The notes under the pieces were generated by a model. That model was not told the origin of the DNA, ran no database searches, and worked only from the letters and a program-made list of their open reading frames with translations. This document shows positions 63,993 to 64,000 of a DNA stretch of 64,000 nucleotides, piece after piece (within the stretch, counting starts at the first letter, position 1; the number at the start of each line of letters is the position of its first letter). The stretch is from a phage. The position numbers and the translations under genes are program-made. The stretch lies in the NCBI GenBank assembly GCA_037574385.1, contig GCA_037574385.1_4529.1; one strand, given 5' to 3'.

Positions 63993-64000
63993 TATAGACT

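Noticed and set aside
1-64000. Scan for tRNA genes, CRISPR repeats, IS/transposon ends and integrase/att sites
   Set aside because: No cloverleaf-compatible tRNA candidates, no regularly spaced direct repeats, no transposase or integrase-like ORFs; the T4 tRNA cluster lies outside this region

Overview
This window is about 64 kb of a T4-like (Tevenvirinae) myovirus genome, collinear with the phage T4 early/middle region from the denB/rIIB end through rIIA, 39, dexA, dda, soc, 56, 61, 41, uvsX, 42, 43, regA-62-44-45, 46/47, 55, nrdG/nrdD, 49, nrdC and tk to regB. Product calls rest on recalled T4/RB69 protein sequences and motifs, not on a database search; the intact 903-aa DNA polymerase and 605-aa gp39 point to an RB69-like phage. 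Almost all genes are on the minus strand, tightly packed, many joined by ATGA/TAATG overlaps. I found no tRNA, rRNA, CRISPR array, transposon, homing endonuclease or intron. More than 25 sigma70-type early promoters (GTTTAC-N17-TATAAT class) sit in front of small genes, and translating them created false N-terminal extensions in the ORF track, often from TTG/GTG. The main finding is an accessory cassette between gene 42 (dCMP hydroxymethylase) and gene 43: a KdsD-like SIS-domain sugar-phosphate isomerase, a small HAD phosphatase, a fused nucleotidyltransferase/APH-type kinase and a Cys-rich putative Fe-S protein. Together with a GT-B glycosyltransferase next to rIIA and non-T4 genes at both T4 glucosyltransferase loci, this predicts a phage-encoded NDP-pentose (probably arabinose) pathway for hypermodifying 5-hmC DNA. 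Other points of interest are a Pol-beta nucleotidyltransferase/AAA ATPase pair, a macro-domain protein, paralogous gene arrays and promoter-embedded inverted repeats complementary to ribosome-binding sites.
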